Shown here one piece after another: positions 23,392 to 33,788 of a stretch of 64,000 nt of DNA. The notes beneath the pieces were generated by a model. The model searched no databases, was not told the DNA's origin, and worked only from the letters and a program-made list of their open reading frames with translations. Every line of letters begins with the position of its first letter. The stretch's first letter is position 1. The DNA lies in the NCBI GenBank assembly GCA_963779415.1, contig CAVZYA010000002.1:416001-480000 (forward strand). The letters are read 5' to 3'. Position numbers and translations under genes: made by a program. Source of the stretch: an uncultured Acidobacteriota bacterium. GTDB taxonomy: Bacteria; Acidobacteriota; Thermoanaerobaculia; UBA5066.

Positions 23392-24213
23392 ATGCGAGGA
23401 GAGTTCTTCTACCCCCGACGCCTCACGGCCATCGCCACGGCGGTCGCTGCGGTTCTCGTCTTTGCTGCCGGACCCGCCCGGGCAGCCGATGACCGGGAAG
23501 AGCGGATCGAGAAGACGCTCGATCTCGTCGGCATCCAGAAGGTCCGCGTCGAGAACGTCAACGGCTCCGTCCGGGTCGACTCGTGGGAAAACCCGACGTT
23601 GTCTCTGGTCGCGGTGAAGAAGGCAAAGGGCTCGAATGCGGCCGAGACGCTCGCGCAGACGGACGTGAAGATCCAGAAGACTGCGACGACGATCGAAATC
23701 GAGACCGTCCTTCCGAAGAATTCAGCCTGGAGCTTTTTCTCGTGGTGGGGCCGCGCGTCTGCCGAGGTGAGCTACGAGCTGAAGCTCCCGCCGTCGGTCG
23801 CGGTTCAGGTGGAGACCGTGAACGGCCGGATCGTGGCCGAGCGCCGCACCGGACCGCTCGTCCTCAACACGGTGAACGGTTCCATCCACGTCTCCGGTCA
23901 CGAGGGGGAGGTCCGGGCGACGACGGTCAACGGATCGGTCGAGGTGACCTTTGCCGGGAACGCTCGAAAATCCAGCCTCGAGACTGTGAACGGCTCGGTC
24001 ACGCTCACGGCCGCGCGGCAGTCGTCCATCCGGTACAGTCTGCAGACGGTCAACGGCCGGATCCGTTCGGAGTTCGCCGACCTGAAGGTCGAGGGGAAAT
24101 GGGGCCCGAAAGAGGCGCGCGGCGAGCTGAACGGCGGGCGCGAGGCGGTCTCGGTCGAGACGGTGAACGGATCGGTACGCCTGCAGGTAGCCGAGGCCTC
24201 GCCGCCTCACTGA
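23392..24213 (+). CDS. Secreted DUF4097-like beta-strand repeat protein
   Basis: Signal peptide and repeated TVNGS/TVNGR units. Confidence 0.8.
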   Translation: MRGEFFYPRRLTAIATAVAAVLVFAAGPARAADDREERIEKTLDLVGIQKVRVENVNGSVRVDSWENPTLSLVAVKKAKGSNAAETLAQTDVKIQKTATTIEIETVLPKNSAWSFFSWWGRASAEVSYELKLPPSVAVQVETVNGRIVAERRTGPLVLNTVNGSIHVSGHEGEVRATTVNGSVEVTFAGNARKSSLETVNGSVTLTAARQSSIRYSLQTVNGRIRSEFADLKVEGKWGPKEARGELNGGREAVSVETVNGSVRLQVAEASPPH

Positions 24214-24270
24214 GCCCGAAGGGGGATTTGACCCGTCCGTCGTAGACTCACGGGACGAAAGGAGTCTGCG

Positions 24271-24639
24271 ATGTCGAACGAAGGCGTTCCCCCGCCCCCG
24301 GCTCCGCCCGCTCCACCGCCCTCGGCTCCGTCGGGGCAGAGAAACACCGGGATGCTGGTGCTCTGCTACCTCGGTCTTCTCGCCCTGATCCCGCTCCTCG
24401 TGGAGAAGAACGACCGGGAGGTGCAGTGGCACGCCAAGCACGGACTCGTCATCACCGGTCTTTTCTTCGTCATCTGGTTTGCGATCGCGGCCCTCGGCTA
24501 CATGATGCCGTTCTTCTTCCTGCTTCACCCGCTCTCGTGGCTCGCGTGGCTGGCGATCACGATCCTGTGCATCGTGAAGGCCGTGAACGGCCAGCGGTTC
24601 CTGATTCCGGGAATCTCGGAGTTCGCGGACAAGTTCTGA
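24271..24639 (+). CDS. DUF4870-like small membrane protein
   Basis: LCYL..LIPLLV..V.WHAK.GL, three TMs, KA.NG.RF.IP. Confidence 0.75.
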   Translation: MSNEGVPPPPAPPAPPPSAPSGQRNTGMLVLCYLGLLALIPLLVEKNDREVQWHAKHGLVITGLFFVIWFAIAALGYMMPFFFLLHPLSWLAWLAITILCIVKAVNGQRFLIPGISEFADKF

Positions 24640-24662
24640 GAGGATCCCCCGCGGGGAAATCG

Positions 24663-24692
24663 AAAGGGGGGGGCGGCGCCCCCCCTTTTTTT
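24663..24692. terminator. Bidirectional intrinsic terminator
   Basis: AAAGGGGGGG-(GCGGCG)-CCCCCCCTTTTTTT between convergent genes. Confidence 0.85.
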
Positions 24693-24703
24693 CAGGATCT
24701 GTA

Positions 24704-24788
<85 letters not shown>

Positions 24789-24840
24789 ACGAGCGCGAGG
24801 GACGGGGATGATAACTCTCCCCCGCCCGTAATCAAGAGCC

Positions 24841-25209
24841 CTACTTCGTCGCGGGAGCGGGAGCCGCGGGGACGGCCGGGGCCGCCTGCTGCAGCGGTGC
24901 CGGAGCGGCGGGAGAAGCGGGGGCCGGGGCTGCCGGGGCGGGGCGGGCGCCTTTCTGCGACTGGAGGACGGCCGACTTCGGCCTGGCCTGGAGAAGCGAG
25001 ATCGCGACCGCGAGAACCGAGAAGGCGACGAACGACCAGGTCGTGATCTTCTCGAGAAGCGTCGTCGCCCCCCGGGCGCCGAACGTGGTCTGGGAGGAGG
25101 AGGCGCCGAAAGCGCTCGCTACGTCGGCTCCCTTCCCCTGCTGGAGAAGGACGACGAGGATCAGGAAGATGCAGACGAGAACGTAGATGGGAACGAGGAC
25201 GTAGATCAT
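24841..25209 (-). CDS. secG: Preprotein translocase SecG
   Basis: VLLQQGKGAD..AFGA..FGARG..LEKIT. Confidence 0.94.
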   Translation of the reverse strand: MIYVLVPIYVLVCIFLILVVLLQQGKGADVASAFGASSSQTTFGARGATTLLEKITTWSFVAFSVLAVAISLLQARPKSAVLQSQKGARPAPAAPAPASPAAPAPLQQAAPAVPAAPAPATK

Positions 25210-25308
25210 CGGTTCGGGTCCTCCGGTCGGTCCCGCCTAAAGGAGCCGGACCGGCCCGGCGGGGCCGCAGAGAATAGACGAAAAGACGGGTCTTGGCGAG
25301 TTCCGGCC

Positions 25309-26067
25309 TCAACCGGCGGCCCGGACGATGGCGGCAAACCCTCCCGGATCGAGGGACGCGCCCCCCACGAGACCTCCGTCGATCTCCGCCTCCGCGAAGA
25401 GCAGCGGGGAGTTGGCCGCGGTGACCGACCCGCCGTAGAGGATCCGGAGCCCGTCCGCGGCGGCGCGCCCGAAGCGGGCGGCAAGGCCGGCGCGGAGGAC
25501 GGCATGGGCTTCGGCAGCCATAGGCGGCGTCGCGGCGCGGCCGGTCCCGATTGCCCAGACGGGCTCGTAGGCGAGGACGAGACCGGGGTGCGGGGCCGAC
25601 AGGCCGTCGAAGGCGGTCAGTTGCCGCGCGAGGATCCGCTCCGTTGCACCGGCCTCCCGCTCCTCCAGACTCTCGCCGACGCAGTAGACGGGCGAGATCC
25701 CCGCTTCCACGAGGCGCTCCATCTTCTTCGCGAGGTCGGGCTCCGTCTCCCGCCGGTACCGGCGCCGCTCGCTGTGCCCGACTAGACAGAAGACGACGCC
25801 GAGGTCCTTCAGCATCCCCGACGAGACCTCTCCCGTGTAGGCCCCCTCCTTTTCGCCGTAGACGTCCTGCGCCCCGAGAAGAACGGGAGTTTCGCGGAGG
25901 AGAGCCCGGCCGACGCGCTCGAGGGCTGGAAAGGCCGGCGCGAGGCCGATCCCGACGCGGTGCGGGAGGGAGCCGAGCTCGCCCCGGAAGGCCGTGACGA
26001 ACCGCTCCGCCGCCGACGGCGCGAGATTCATCTTCCAGTTGCCGATGACGAGGCGGGCCCGGCTCAC
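25309..26067 (-). CDS. tpiA: Triosephosphate isomerase
   Basis: [34 protein letters not shown]. Confidence 0.97.
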   Translation of the reverse strand: MSRARLVIGNWKMNLAPSAAERFVTAFRGELGSLPHRVGIGLAPAFPALERVGRALLRETPVLLGAQDVYGEKEGAYTGEVSSGMLKDLGVVFCLVGHSERRRYRRETEPDLAKKMERLVEAGISPVYCVGESLEEREAGATERILARQLTAFDGLSAPHPGLVLAYEPVWAIGTGRAATPPMAAEAHAVLRAGLAARFGRAAADGLRILYGGSVTAANSPLLFAEAEIDGGLVGGASLDPGGFAAIVRAAG

Positions 26068-27254
26068 CGCAAGGCCTCGATTCCCGGGAGCTTCGCGCCG
26101 CTGACGAGGTCGAGCGAGGCGCCTCCGCCGGTCGAAACGTGCGAAATCTTCCCGGCGACACCCGCCGCGTGGACGGCCTCGACGCTCTCTCCGCCCCCGA
26201 CGACCGTGAACGCCGTCGACGTGGCCAGCATCCGTGCCACCTCCATCGTCCCTTCGTCGAACGGCCGGGTCTCGAAGACGCCCATCGGCCCGTTCCAGAA
26301 GATCGTCCTCGCGTCCTTCGTCATCCGGCGGAACATCTCGAGCGTCCTCGGGCCGACGTCGAACGCCGAGGCGCCGGCCGGGATGGCGTTCATCGCGACG
26401 GCGCGCGCCTCGGCGGCCCTTTCTAGCGACGGGGCGACGATGAAGTCGGACGGCAGAACGAGCGAGACGCCGCGCTCGCGGCAGCGGTCCATCACCTTCC
26501 GGGCGATCGGGACGCCGTCCGGCTCGAGGAGCGAGGTTCCGATCTCGAGACCGAGCGCCTTGACGAAGTGATTCGCCATCCCGCCGCCGACCAGAACGGT
26601 GTCGGCCCTCTCGACGAGCGCCTCGAGCGCCGCGATCTTTCCGAGGATCTTGGCGCCACCGAGGATCGCGGCAAAGGGGCGGTCGATCGAGTCGACGACG
26701 CGCGAGAGGGCCTTCAACTCCTTCTCCATCAGGAGGCCGACGCCGCGGGCCTCCTTCGGGAAGAAAGCCGCCATGCCGGCCGTGGAGGCGTGGGCCCGAT
26801 GCGCCGTGCCGAAGGCGTCGTTCACGTAGACGTTCGCGAGCGAGGCGAGCTGTTTCGCGAAGGCCGCGTCGTTCTTCTCCTCGCCGTCGTGGAAGCGGGT
26901 GTTCTCGAGGAGGAGGACGCCACCGGCCGGGAGCGCCTTCACGCCGGCTTCCGCCGCCGCTCCGACGCAGTCGGCGGCGAAGGCGACCGGCGAGCCGAGA
27001 AGCTTCTCGAGCGTCTTCGCGACGGGGGCGAGCGAGTACTTCGGGTCCGGGGCTCCCTTCGCCTTCCCGAGATGGGAGGCGAGGAGGACGCGGGCCCCCT
27101 TTTCCCGCGCGAGGCGGATCGTGGGAAGGGCCTCGGAGACGCGCGTGTCGTCCTTGACGACGCCGTCCTTGATCGGGACGTTGAAGTCGACGCGGAGAAA
27201 GAGCGTCTTTCCCGCGAGCGAAAGGTCGCGGATGGAGGTTGGAAGGGCGGACAT
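26064..27254 (-). CDS. pgk: Phosphoglycerate kinase
   Basis: [41 protein letters not shown]. Confidence 0.97.
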   Translation of the reverse strand: MSALPTSIRDLSLAGKTLFLRVDFNVPIKDGVVKDDTRVSEALPTIRLAREKGARVLLASHLGKAKGAPDPKYSLAPVAKTLEKLLGSPVAFAADCVGAAAEAGVKALPAGGVLLLENTRFHDGEEKNDAAFAKQLASLANVYVNDAFGTAHRAHASTAGMAAFFPKEARGVGLLMEKELKALSRVVDSIDRPFAAILGGAKILGKIAALEALVERADTVLVGGGMANHFVKALGLEIGTSLLEPDGVPIARKVMDRCRERGVSLVLPSDFIVAPSLERAAEARAVAMNAIPAGASAFDVGPRTLEMFRRMTKDARTIFWNGPMGVFETRPFDEGTMEVARMLATSTAFTVVGGGESVEAVHAAGVAGKISHVSTGGGASLDLVSGAKLPGIEALR

Positions 27255-27331
27255 GGTCGCTCCTTTTGAGGAGGAATGTCCCGCGAAGGCGGGTGGGGGC
27301 GGATCTCCCGGAAGGATTCTATAGTCGGCGC

Positions 27332-28429
27332 GTGACAGGAAGCCCGCTCGAAACCCGCGTCGTCCCCTGGTCGTACCGTGACGGGCGGCTTCTGCTTCTC
27401 GACCAGCGCCGGCTTCCGCACGAGGAGCGGCTTCTCGAGTGCGAGAGCGCCGCCGAAACGGCCGAGGCGATCCGCTCCCTCGCCGTCCGGGGCGCCCCGC
27501 TCATCGGCGTCGCGGCCGCGTTCGGGCTCGCCGCAGAAGCTCGCCGCGTGGCGGAGCGCGTTCCCGAGGACCTCGACGCGGCGATCGAGATCGCGGCACG
27601 GCGGCTCGCGGGCGCCCGTCCTACGGCCGTGAACCTCTCCGCCGCCGTGGCGCGGATGCTTCGCGCCGCGGCCGCGACGGCTGGCCGCCCGGCGGGAGAG
27701 CGGGTCGCGGCGCTGGAGCGGGAAGCGGCCGCGATCGCGGCGGAGGACCGCGAGGCATGCCTCCGGATCGGACGGCTCGGAGCCACCTGGATCCGGAGCC
27801 GGAGGAAGGACCGCCCGGCCGGAAAGTCCCTGACCCTCCTGACGCACTGCAACGCGGGGGCGCTCGCGACGGCAGGGATCGGAACGGCCCTCGGCATCGT
27901 CCGGGCGCTCGCGGCGGATGGGCCCGTCACCGTTTTCGCCGACGAGACGCGCCCCTTCCTTCAGGGGGCGCGGCTGACCGCGTGGGAGCTGATGCAGGAC
28001 GGGATCCCCGTGACGCTCCTTCCCGATGTCGCGGCCGCCGCGACGATCGGCTCCGGGCGGGTCGACGCGGTCGTGGTCGGGGCGGACCGGATCGCGGCCA
28101 ACGGGGACGTCGCGAACAAGGTCGGAACGTACGGCCTCGCCCTCGCCTGCCGCGCGCACGGAGTCCCCTTCGTCGTCGCGGCGCCGACGACGACGCTCGA
28201 CCCGGACTGCCCCGACGGAGCGGCGATTCCGATCGAGATCCGCCGGTCGGAGGAGGTTCTCTCGATCCCGACCCCGGCCGGCAGGACGATCCGCCTCGCC
28301 CCCGAAGGAGTCGCCGCTCTCTATCCCGCCTTCGACGTCACCCCCGCGGCGCTCGTCGACGCGATCGTCACGGAGCGGGGCGTGAGCGAGCCGCCGCATG
28401 TCGAGGCGCTGAGAGCGCTCCTCTCGTGA
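27332..28429 (+). CDS. mtnA: Methylthioribose-1-phosphate isomerase
   Basis: [50 protein letters not shown]. Confidence 0.94.
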   Translation: MTGSPLETRVVPWSYRDGRLLLLDQRRLPHEERLLECESAAETAEAIRSLAVRGAPLIGVAAAFGLAAEARRVAERVPEDLDAAIEIAARRLAGARPTAVNLSAAVARMLRAAAATAGRPAGERVAALEREAAAIAAEDREACLRIGRLGATWIRSRRKDRPAGKSLTLLTHCNAGALATAGIGTALGIVRALAADGPVTVFADETRPFLQGARLTAWELMQDGIPVTLLPDVAAAATIGSGRVDAVVVGADRIAANGDVANKVGTYGLALACRAHGVPFVVAAPTTTLDPDCPDGAAIPIEIRRSEEVLSIPTPAGRTIRLAPEGVAALYPAFDVTPAALVDAIVTERGVSEPPHVEALRALLS

Positions 28430-29505
28430 CCCTCGTCCTCGGGATCGAGACGTCGTGCGACGAGACGTCGATTGCCCTCCTCGACGGCGACGGGCGCGCG
28501 GTCTCTTCGGTCGTCGCCTCCCAGACCGTCGCTCACGCGCGGTTCGGCGGCGTCGTCCCGGAGATCGCGGCCCGCGCGCACCTGACGAATCTCCCCCCTC
28601 TTCTCGACCGGACGCTCGCCGGGGCGGGAGCCTCCCTCCACGACGTGACGCTCGTTGCGGCGACGGCCGGGCCCGGGCTCGTCGGCGCGCTTCTCGTCGG
28701 TCTCTCCGAGGCCAAGGGGATCGCCTTCGGCCTCGGCGTTCCGTTCGTCCCGGTCCACCACATCGAGGCGCACGCGCTTTCGCCGTTCCTCGGCCCGGAT
28801 CGGGAGCCGGCGCGGCCGGTTCCCGAGGAGTTCTCCGCCCTCGTCGTCTCCGGCGGGCACACGCACCTCTACCGGTTCCACGGCCGGCGAGTCGCGCTTC
28901 TCGCCCGGACCCGTGACGACGCCGCCGGCGAGGCCTACGACAAGGTGGCGAAGATGGCCGGCCTCGGCTATCCGGGAGGGCCGGTCGTCGACCGCCTCGC
29001 CCGGAGCGGCCGGCCGTCTCGACCGTTCACAGTCCCGCGATTCTCCGACGGGTCGCTCGACTTCAGCTTCTCGGGGCTCAAGACGGCGGTCCGCGACCGT
29101 CTCGCGGCGCTCGGCCTCCGGCCCCAGACGGGGATTCCCGACGCCATCCGGACGGTCGAGGAAAACGAGGCCCCGGCGCCGCTTCGGGATCTCCTCGCGG
29201 AATTCCAGGAGGCCGTCGTGGCGCAACTGGAGGAGAGGCTCTCCCGCGTCCTCTGCGAGGAGCCATTCGTCACGCTGACCGTCTCGGGGGGCGTGGCGGC
29301 CAACTCGCTCCTCCGGGAGAGGCTGGTCGCGTGGGGGCGGAAGCGCGGCGTCGAGGTTCTCCTTCCGGACGATGCCTTGACGGGCGACAACGCAGTCATG
29401 GTCGCCTTCGCCGGCCTCCGCCGCCATCTCGCCGGGCAGAGCGGCGAGGGATTCGCCGCCGTCGCCCGGTCGCGCTGGCCGCTGGAATCGCAATCGGGCT
29501 CCTGA
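28426..29505 (+). CDS. tsaD: tRNA t6A threonylcarbamoyltransferase TsaD
   Basis: LGIETSCDET, GGVVPEIAARAH, HHIEAH, SGGHT, DDAAGEAYDK, GGVAAN. Confidence 0.96.
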   Translation: MTLVLGIETSCDETSIALLDGDGRAVSSVVASQTVAHARFGGVVPEIAARAHLTNLPPLLDRTLAGAGASLHDVTLVAATAGPGLVGALLVGLSEAKGIAFGLGVPFVPVHHIEAHALSPFLGPDREPARPVPEEFSALVVSGGHTHLYRFHGRRVALLARTRDDAAGEAYDKVAKMAGLGYPGGPVVDRLARSGRPSRPFTVPRFSDGSLDFSFSGLKTAVRDRLAALGLRPQTGIPDAIRTVEENEAPAPLRDLLAEFQEAVVAQLEERLSRVLCEEPFVTLTVSGGVAANSLLRERLVAWGRKRGVEVLLPDDALTGDNAVMVAFAGLRRHLAGQSGEGFAAVARSRWPLESQSGS

Positions 29506-29569
29506 GAAGACCGGAGTGAACGGAGCGGCGAGCCTTTGGGACCGGCAGCCGGTGCTACCCTTCGCCGCC

Positions 29570-30268
29570 ATGCGATCGGCGTACGAGGTCCGTTTCGTCG
29601 GCCCGCCGGGGTGGCGGCGCCTCCCTCCGGTGACGCGCGCGACGCTCGTCCTTGCGGCCGCCGGCTACCTCGCGTCGCTTCTCTTTCTGGAGAAGGCCCT
29701 GTGGCTCGCGGCCGTGCCCGAGCAGGTCTGGCCGGGCCTCGAGCTCTGGCGCCTCGTCACCTATCCGCTCGTGAACGTCGGGATCGTCTCGATCCTCTTC
29801 GCCCTCCTCCTCCTCTGGAGCTTCGGATCCGAGCTGGAGCCGGAGTGGGGCTCGCGTGGCTACGCCCTTTTTCTCTTCCTCGCCACGATCTCGGGCGGGG
29901 CGCTCGGCGTCGGAGCGGCGCTCCTCCTCGGCGGAGGCTTCGGGACGGGTTACGGCCTCGCCGGCCCCCTGACGGCCGTCATCGCGGCGTGGACGTTCGA
30001 GGGCCCGTCACGGCCGACGAATTTCTTCGGCGTTCTTCCGATGACGAGGCTCGTCTTTGGGGCGATTGCGGTCCTCGTCGTCGCATTCGGAGAGCTCGAG
30101 CAGACGCACTCGCTCGCGAGGCTCGTCTTCGTGCTCGGGGGATTACCCGTCGCCTGGGCTTTCGCGCGGCGACGGCCCGGAGGCGGTCGCCCGACACCGA
30201 GAATCCCGCGCTTTCTCCGCCGCCGGCGCTTCCGTGTCGTGGGGGGCGGCAACGGGCGCATCCACTGA
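29570..30268 (+). CDS. Rhomboid-like membrane protein (catalytic Ser apparently absent)
   Basis: WRLVTY, LWSFGSELE..WG, multiple TMs; GLAG where GxSG is expected. Confidence 0.7.
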   Translation: MRSAYEVRFVGPPGWRRLPPVTRATLVLAAAGYLASLLFLEKALWLAAVPEQVWPGLELWRLVTYPLVNVGIVSILFALLLLWSFGSELEPEWGSRGYALFLFLATISGGALGVGAALLLGGGFGTGYGLAGPLTAVIAAWTFEGPSRPTNFFGVLPMTRLVFGAIAVLVVAFGELEQTHSLARLVFVLGGLPVAWAFARRRPGGGRPTPRIPRFLRRRRFRVVGGGNGRIH

Positions 30269-30286
30269 CCGCGTAGAATGGGCCGC

Positions 30287-30802
30287 ATGAGGCCTACGAT
30301 CAGCCCTCTCGAAGTCCGCAAGCGGAGCTTTTCCCGTGCCTTTCGCGGCTTCGACCGCCCGGAGGTCGAGCACTTTCTCGAGGCGCTCGCCGAGGACCTC
30401 GAGGAGCTGTTCCGCGCGCTCGACGAGCTGGAGCGCGAGAACGCGCGGCTCGGTGAGGAGGTCGCCCGGCACCGCGACACCGAGGCGACGCTGAAGGAGA
30501 CTCTCGTCCTCGCCCAGCGGTCGGCTGAGAACCTCCGCGCCACCACCGAGCAGGACGCCGAGCGGATCCTCCGCGAAGCCGAAAACAAGGGAGATGCGAT
30601 CCTCCGCCAGGCGATGGAGCGCGTTTCGGAGATGGAGCGCGCCATCCGCGAGCTTCGGGTCGAGCGGAAGAACTTCCACCTGAAGCTGCAGGGGATGATC
30701 GACATGTTCCAGCAGGTCCTCAACTTCGACAAGCAGGAGGACGAGCAGGACAAGTCCGTCTCGCTCTACCGGCCGAAGAAGCGCGAGGGGGATCCCGGCT
30801 GA
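30287..30802 (+). CDS. DivIVA domain protein
   Basis: ISPLEV..RSF..FRGFD..EV..FL plus coiled coil. Confidence 0.9.
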   Translation: MRPTISPLEVRKRSFSRAFRGFDRPEVEHFLEALAEDLEELFRALDELERENARLGEEVARHRDTEATLKETLVLAQRSAENLRATTEQDAERILREAENKGDAILRQAMERVSEMERAIRELRVERKNFHLKLQGMIDMFQQVLNFDKQEDEQDKSVSLYRPKKREGDPG

Positions 30803-32073
30803 AGACCTCGGTCCGGCATCTCTCCGAGCTCGCGACGCCCGAAGGGGGGGCCGCGCGGGCGGGGACGGTGCAGGGAGCCGTTCGGCGCGTCCGGGACGCG
30901 GCCCTCCGGATCGAGAACGGGACGATCGTCTTTTCGGGGACGGACGAGGAGTTCGTCCGGAACTTCGGGGAAGAGCCCGCGGCGGGCGAGACGGTCCTCG
31001 ACGGGCGGGGGAAGACCGCCATCCCCGGCTTCGTCGACTCTCACACGCACCTTCCGTGGGCGGGCTTCCGCGAGGAGGAGTTCAACGAGCGGCTGAAGGG
31101 GCGGAGCTACGCGGAGATCGCTGCCTCCGGCGGGGGGATCGTCGCGACGGTCGCCGCCACGCGGCGCGCGACCGAGGAGGAGCTCGCGGCGAACGTCCGC
31201 GCCCGCCTCGACCGGATGCTTCTCCACGGCACGACGTTCTGCGAGGCGAAGACCGGCTACGGTCTCGAGCGGGGAGCCGAGGAGAAGCAGCTTCGCGCGA
31301 TCTTCCGCGGAAGCGAGGGGCACCCGGTCGGCGTCGTCGCGACGGCTCTCCCCGGCCACGAGGTCCCGCCGGAGCGCCGTGGCAACGCGGCCCTGAAGCG
31401 CCGGTACGTCGACGAAGTCGTCCAGGAGATCCTCCCGGCTCTCGCCGCCGCGGGGGCCCGCTTCGTCGACGTCTTCTGCGAGACGGGGGTCTTCGACCTC
31501 GCCGAGTCGCGCGAGATGCTGCTGGCCGGGAAAGCGCACGGGCTCCGTCCGCGCCTCCACGCGGACGAGCTTTCGCCGCTCGGCGGGGCCGAGCTGGCCG
31601 CCGAGGTCGGCGCTCTCTCGGCCGATCACCTCCTCTTCGTGACCGGGCGCGGGATCGACGCGTTGGCGGGCGCGGGAGTCGTCGCCACGCTCCTTCCGGG
31701 GACGTCGGTCTTCCTCCGGATGAACCGGTTCGCGCCGGCGCGGGCCCTCGTCGCGGCCGGCGTCCCGGTCGCCCTCGCGACGGACTGCAACCCCGGGTCG
31801 TCGTACACGGAGTCGCTCCCGGCCGTCGCGTTTTTCGCGGCCCTCGGGATGGGCCTCACCGTCGAGGAGACGCTCACGGCGATGACCTTGAACGGGGCGG
31901 CCTCGGTCGGCGAGGCGGCCGTCCGCGGCTCCCTCGAGAGCGGAAAACGGGGCGACGTCGTCCTCCTCGACGCCCCGACGGTCGCTCACCTCGTCTACCA
32001 CTACGGCGTCAATCCCGTCTCCGAAGTCCTCGCGGCGGGACAGCCGGTCGTCGTGGGCGGCCGGCGCGTCTAA
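30799..32073 (+). CDS. hutI: Imidazolonepropionase
   Basis: PGFVDSHTH, Y.EIA..GGGI, EAKTGYGL, DVFCE, HADE, SADHL, ATDCNPGS; N-terminus appears to extend to CTG 30799. Confidence 0.92.
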   Translation: MKTSVRHLSELATPEGGAARAGTVQGAVRRVRDAALRIENGTIVFSGTDEEFVRNFGEEPAAGETVLDGRGKTAIPGFVDSHTHLPWAGFREEEFNERLKGRSYAEIAASGGGIVATVAATRRATEEELAANVRARLDRMLLHGTTFCEAKTGYGLERGAEEKQLRAIFRGSEGHPVGVVATALPGHEVPPERRGNAALKRRYVDEVVQEILPALAAAGARFVDVFCETGVFDLAESREMLLAGKAHGLRPRLHADELSPLGGAELAAEVGALSADHLLFVTGRGIDALAGAGVVATLLPGTSVFLRMNRFAPARALVAAGVPVALATDCNPGSSYTESLPAVAFFAALGMGLTVEETLTAMTLNGAASVGEAAVRGSLESGKRGDVVLLDAPTVAHLVYHYGVNPVSEVLAAGQPVVVGGRRV

Positions 32074-32097
32074 CCCGCTCCTGCTAGTCTCGACGGC

Positions 32098-32736
32098 GTG
32101 AGCACGCTCGCCTCTCTTCCCGTCGCCGGATTCGCCGCCGCCCTCGCCTCCGATGCCCCCGCCCCGGGGGGCGGCTCCGCGTCCGCCGCCGCCGGCGCCT
32201 TCGGGGCAGGTCTCCTCGCCATGGTCGTCCGACTGACGCTCGGAAAAGAGAAGTACCGGGAGTCGTGGGAGACGCTGGAGGCCCTCCTTCCGAAGCTCGA
32301 CGAGTCCCGGACACGGCTCCTCGAGCTGGTCGACGAGGACACGAAGGCGTACGACGCGATCGTCGCGGCCCGGAAGCTCCCGAAGGAAAGCGACGCGGAG
32401 AAGGTGGCCCGGAAGAAGGCGATCGACGAGGCGACGATCGCCGCCACGACCGTGCCGATGCAGACGGCCTTCTTCGCGGAGCAGGCGCTCCGGGCCGGCC
32501 GGACCGTGGGCGAAAAGGGAAACCCGAACGCGGCTTCCGACGCGTGGGTCGCCGCTCTCCTCCTTTCGGCCGCCGTCGACGGGGCCCTCGCGAACGTCCG
32601 GATCAACCTCGGCGGGGTCGTCGACCCCGATCTGAAGCGGGGCTTTTCCGAAGACGCGGACGATCTCGCCAGAAAGAGCGCTCTCTCGCTGGAGGCGTGC
32701 CGGGCGCTCGCCCGGTCCCGCGGCCTCGCCGCGTGA
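32098..32736 (+). CDS. Formiminotetrahydrofolate cyclodeaminase family protein
   Basis: LASDAPAPGGGSASA, GNPNAASD, NVRINL. Confidence 0.9.
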   Translation: MSTLASLPVAGFAAALASDAPAPGGGSASAAAGAFGAGLLAMVVRLTLGKEKYRESWETLEALLPKLDESRTRLLELVDEDTKAYDAIVAARKLPKESDAEKVARKKAIDEATIAATTVPMQTAFFAEQALRAGRTVGEKGNPNAASDAWVAALLLSAAVDGALANVRINLGGVVDPDLKRGFSEDADDLARKSALSLEACRALARSRGLAA

Positions 32737-33788
32737 AGCGGCGCGTCCCCCTCGCGGCGGCCGTCATGGTCGTCGTCGCCGCGGCGCTTCTCCCGCATCT
32801 CGTCCTCGCGGCGCCCTTTCATCTCGGCCCGGCCCGCGAGCTCTTCGAGGCGCCGACGGGCTTCCACCTTGACACCGGCATCGAGAGCGACGAGCCGCCG
32901 ACTCCGGCTCCCGTCCGGGCCGAGGCGACGCTTCCGGCCCCGAAGAAGCTCTTCGACGGGAAGACGACGCTCTTTACCGCCGGGGTTCTCGTCGCGACGC
33001 CGATTCTCGGCTACTTCACCTGGTGGAGCTCCGACTGGACCGGCCACTTCAAGACCGTTGACGAAGGGTGGTTCGGCGAGGAGACCTACGCCGGCGGTGC
33101 CGACAAGGCCTCGCACATCACCTTCGGCTACATGTTCACACTCGCGTTCCAGTCCGCCTACCGGAGTCTCGGGAAGACACCGACCGAGGCGCGGGGCCTC
33201 GCCTTCGGCCTGACGGTCCTCTCCGGGTTTCTCATCGAGATCGGGGACGGGTTCTCGCGGTACGGCTTCTCGTGGCAGGACGCCACGACCAACACGATCG
33301 GGGCCGGAATCGCGACGCTCGTCGATGCGTACGGCCTGAAGGAGACCTTCGGGCTCCGCTTCGGCTGGGTCCCGAACTCGATTCCGCCCCCCTGCTGCCG
33401 CTACGCCGGCTACGGGAGCGACTATTCGGGGGAGATCTACACGGCGGACCTGAAGCTTGCGGGACTGCTTCCCCGGATGGGCGTCTCGCCGGGACTCTTT
33501 CGTTTTCTTCTGGTCGGGATGACGTACAGCAGCAAGGGCTACCGCCACTCCCCTCCCGACTACCGGCAGCGGCAGCTCGGCGTCGAGGTCGGCCTCGCCC
33601 TGTCACCGATCCTTCGCGCCGTCGGCGTCCGCGACACCACCTGGTGGGGGAAGTCCCTTCTCGTCTTCTTCGAGTACTTCCGCGTCCCCTACACCTCGTT
33701 CGGCTGGCAGTACGACCTGAACCACGGAAAGTGGTACGGGCCGAACACCGGCGGGACGTACGACCCCGGCTACATCATCTACGACTGA
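32733..33788 (+). CDS. DUF2279/YfiM-like secreted or outer-membrane protein
   Basis: Signal peptide, GGADKASH, EIGDGFS.YGFSWQD..N..G, DY.G. Confidence 0.7.
   Translation: MKRRVPLAAAVMVVVAAALLPHLVLAAPFHLGPARELFEAPTGFHLDTGIESDEPPTPAPVRAEATLPAPKKLFDGKTTLFTAGVLVATPILGYFTWWSSDWTGHFKTVDEGWFGEETYAGGADKASHITFGYMFTLAFQSAYRSLGKTPTEARGLAFGLTVLSGFLIEIGDGFSRYGFSWQDATTNTIGAGIATLVDAYGLKETFGLRFGWVPNSIPPPCCRYAGYGSDYSGEIYTADLKLAGLLPRMGVSPGLFRFLLVGMTYSSKGYRHSPPDYRQRQLGVEVGLALSPILRAVGVRDTTWWGKSLLVFFEYFRVPYTSFGWQYDLNHGKWYGPNTGGTYDPGYIIYD

Noticed and set aside
23552-24180. Repeated ACGGTGAACGG-like DNA units
   Set aside because: They are coding repeats (TVNG) of the DUF4097-like protein.
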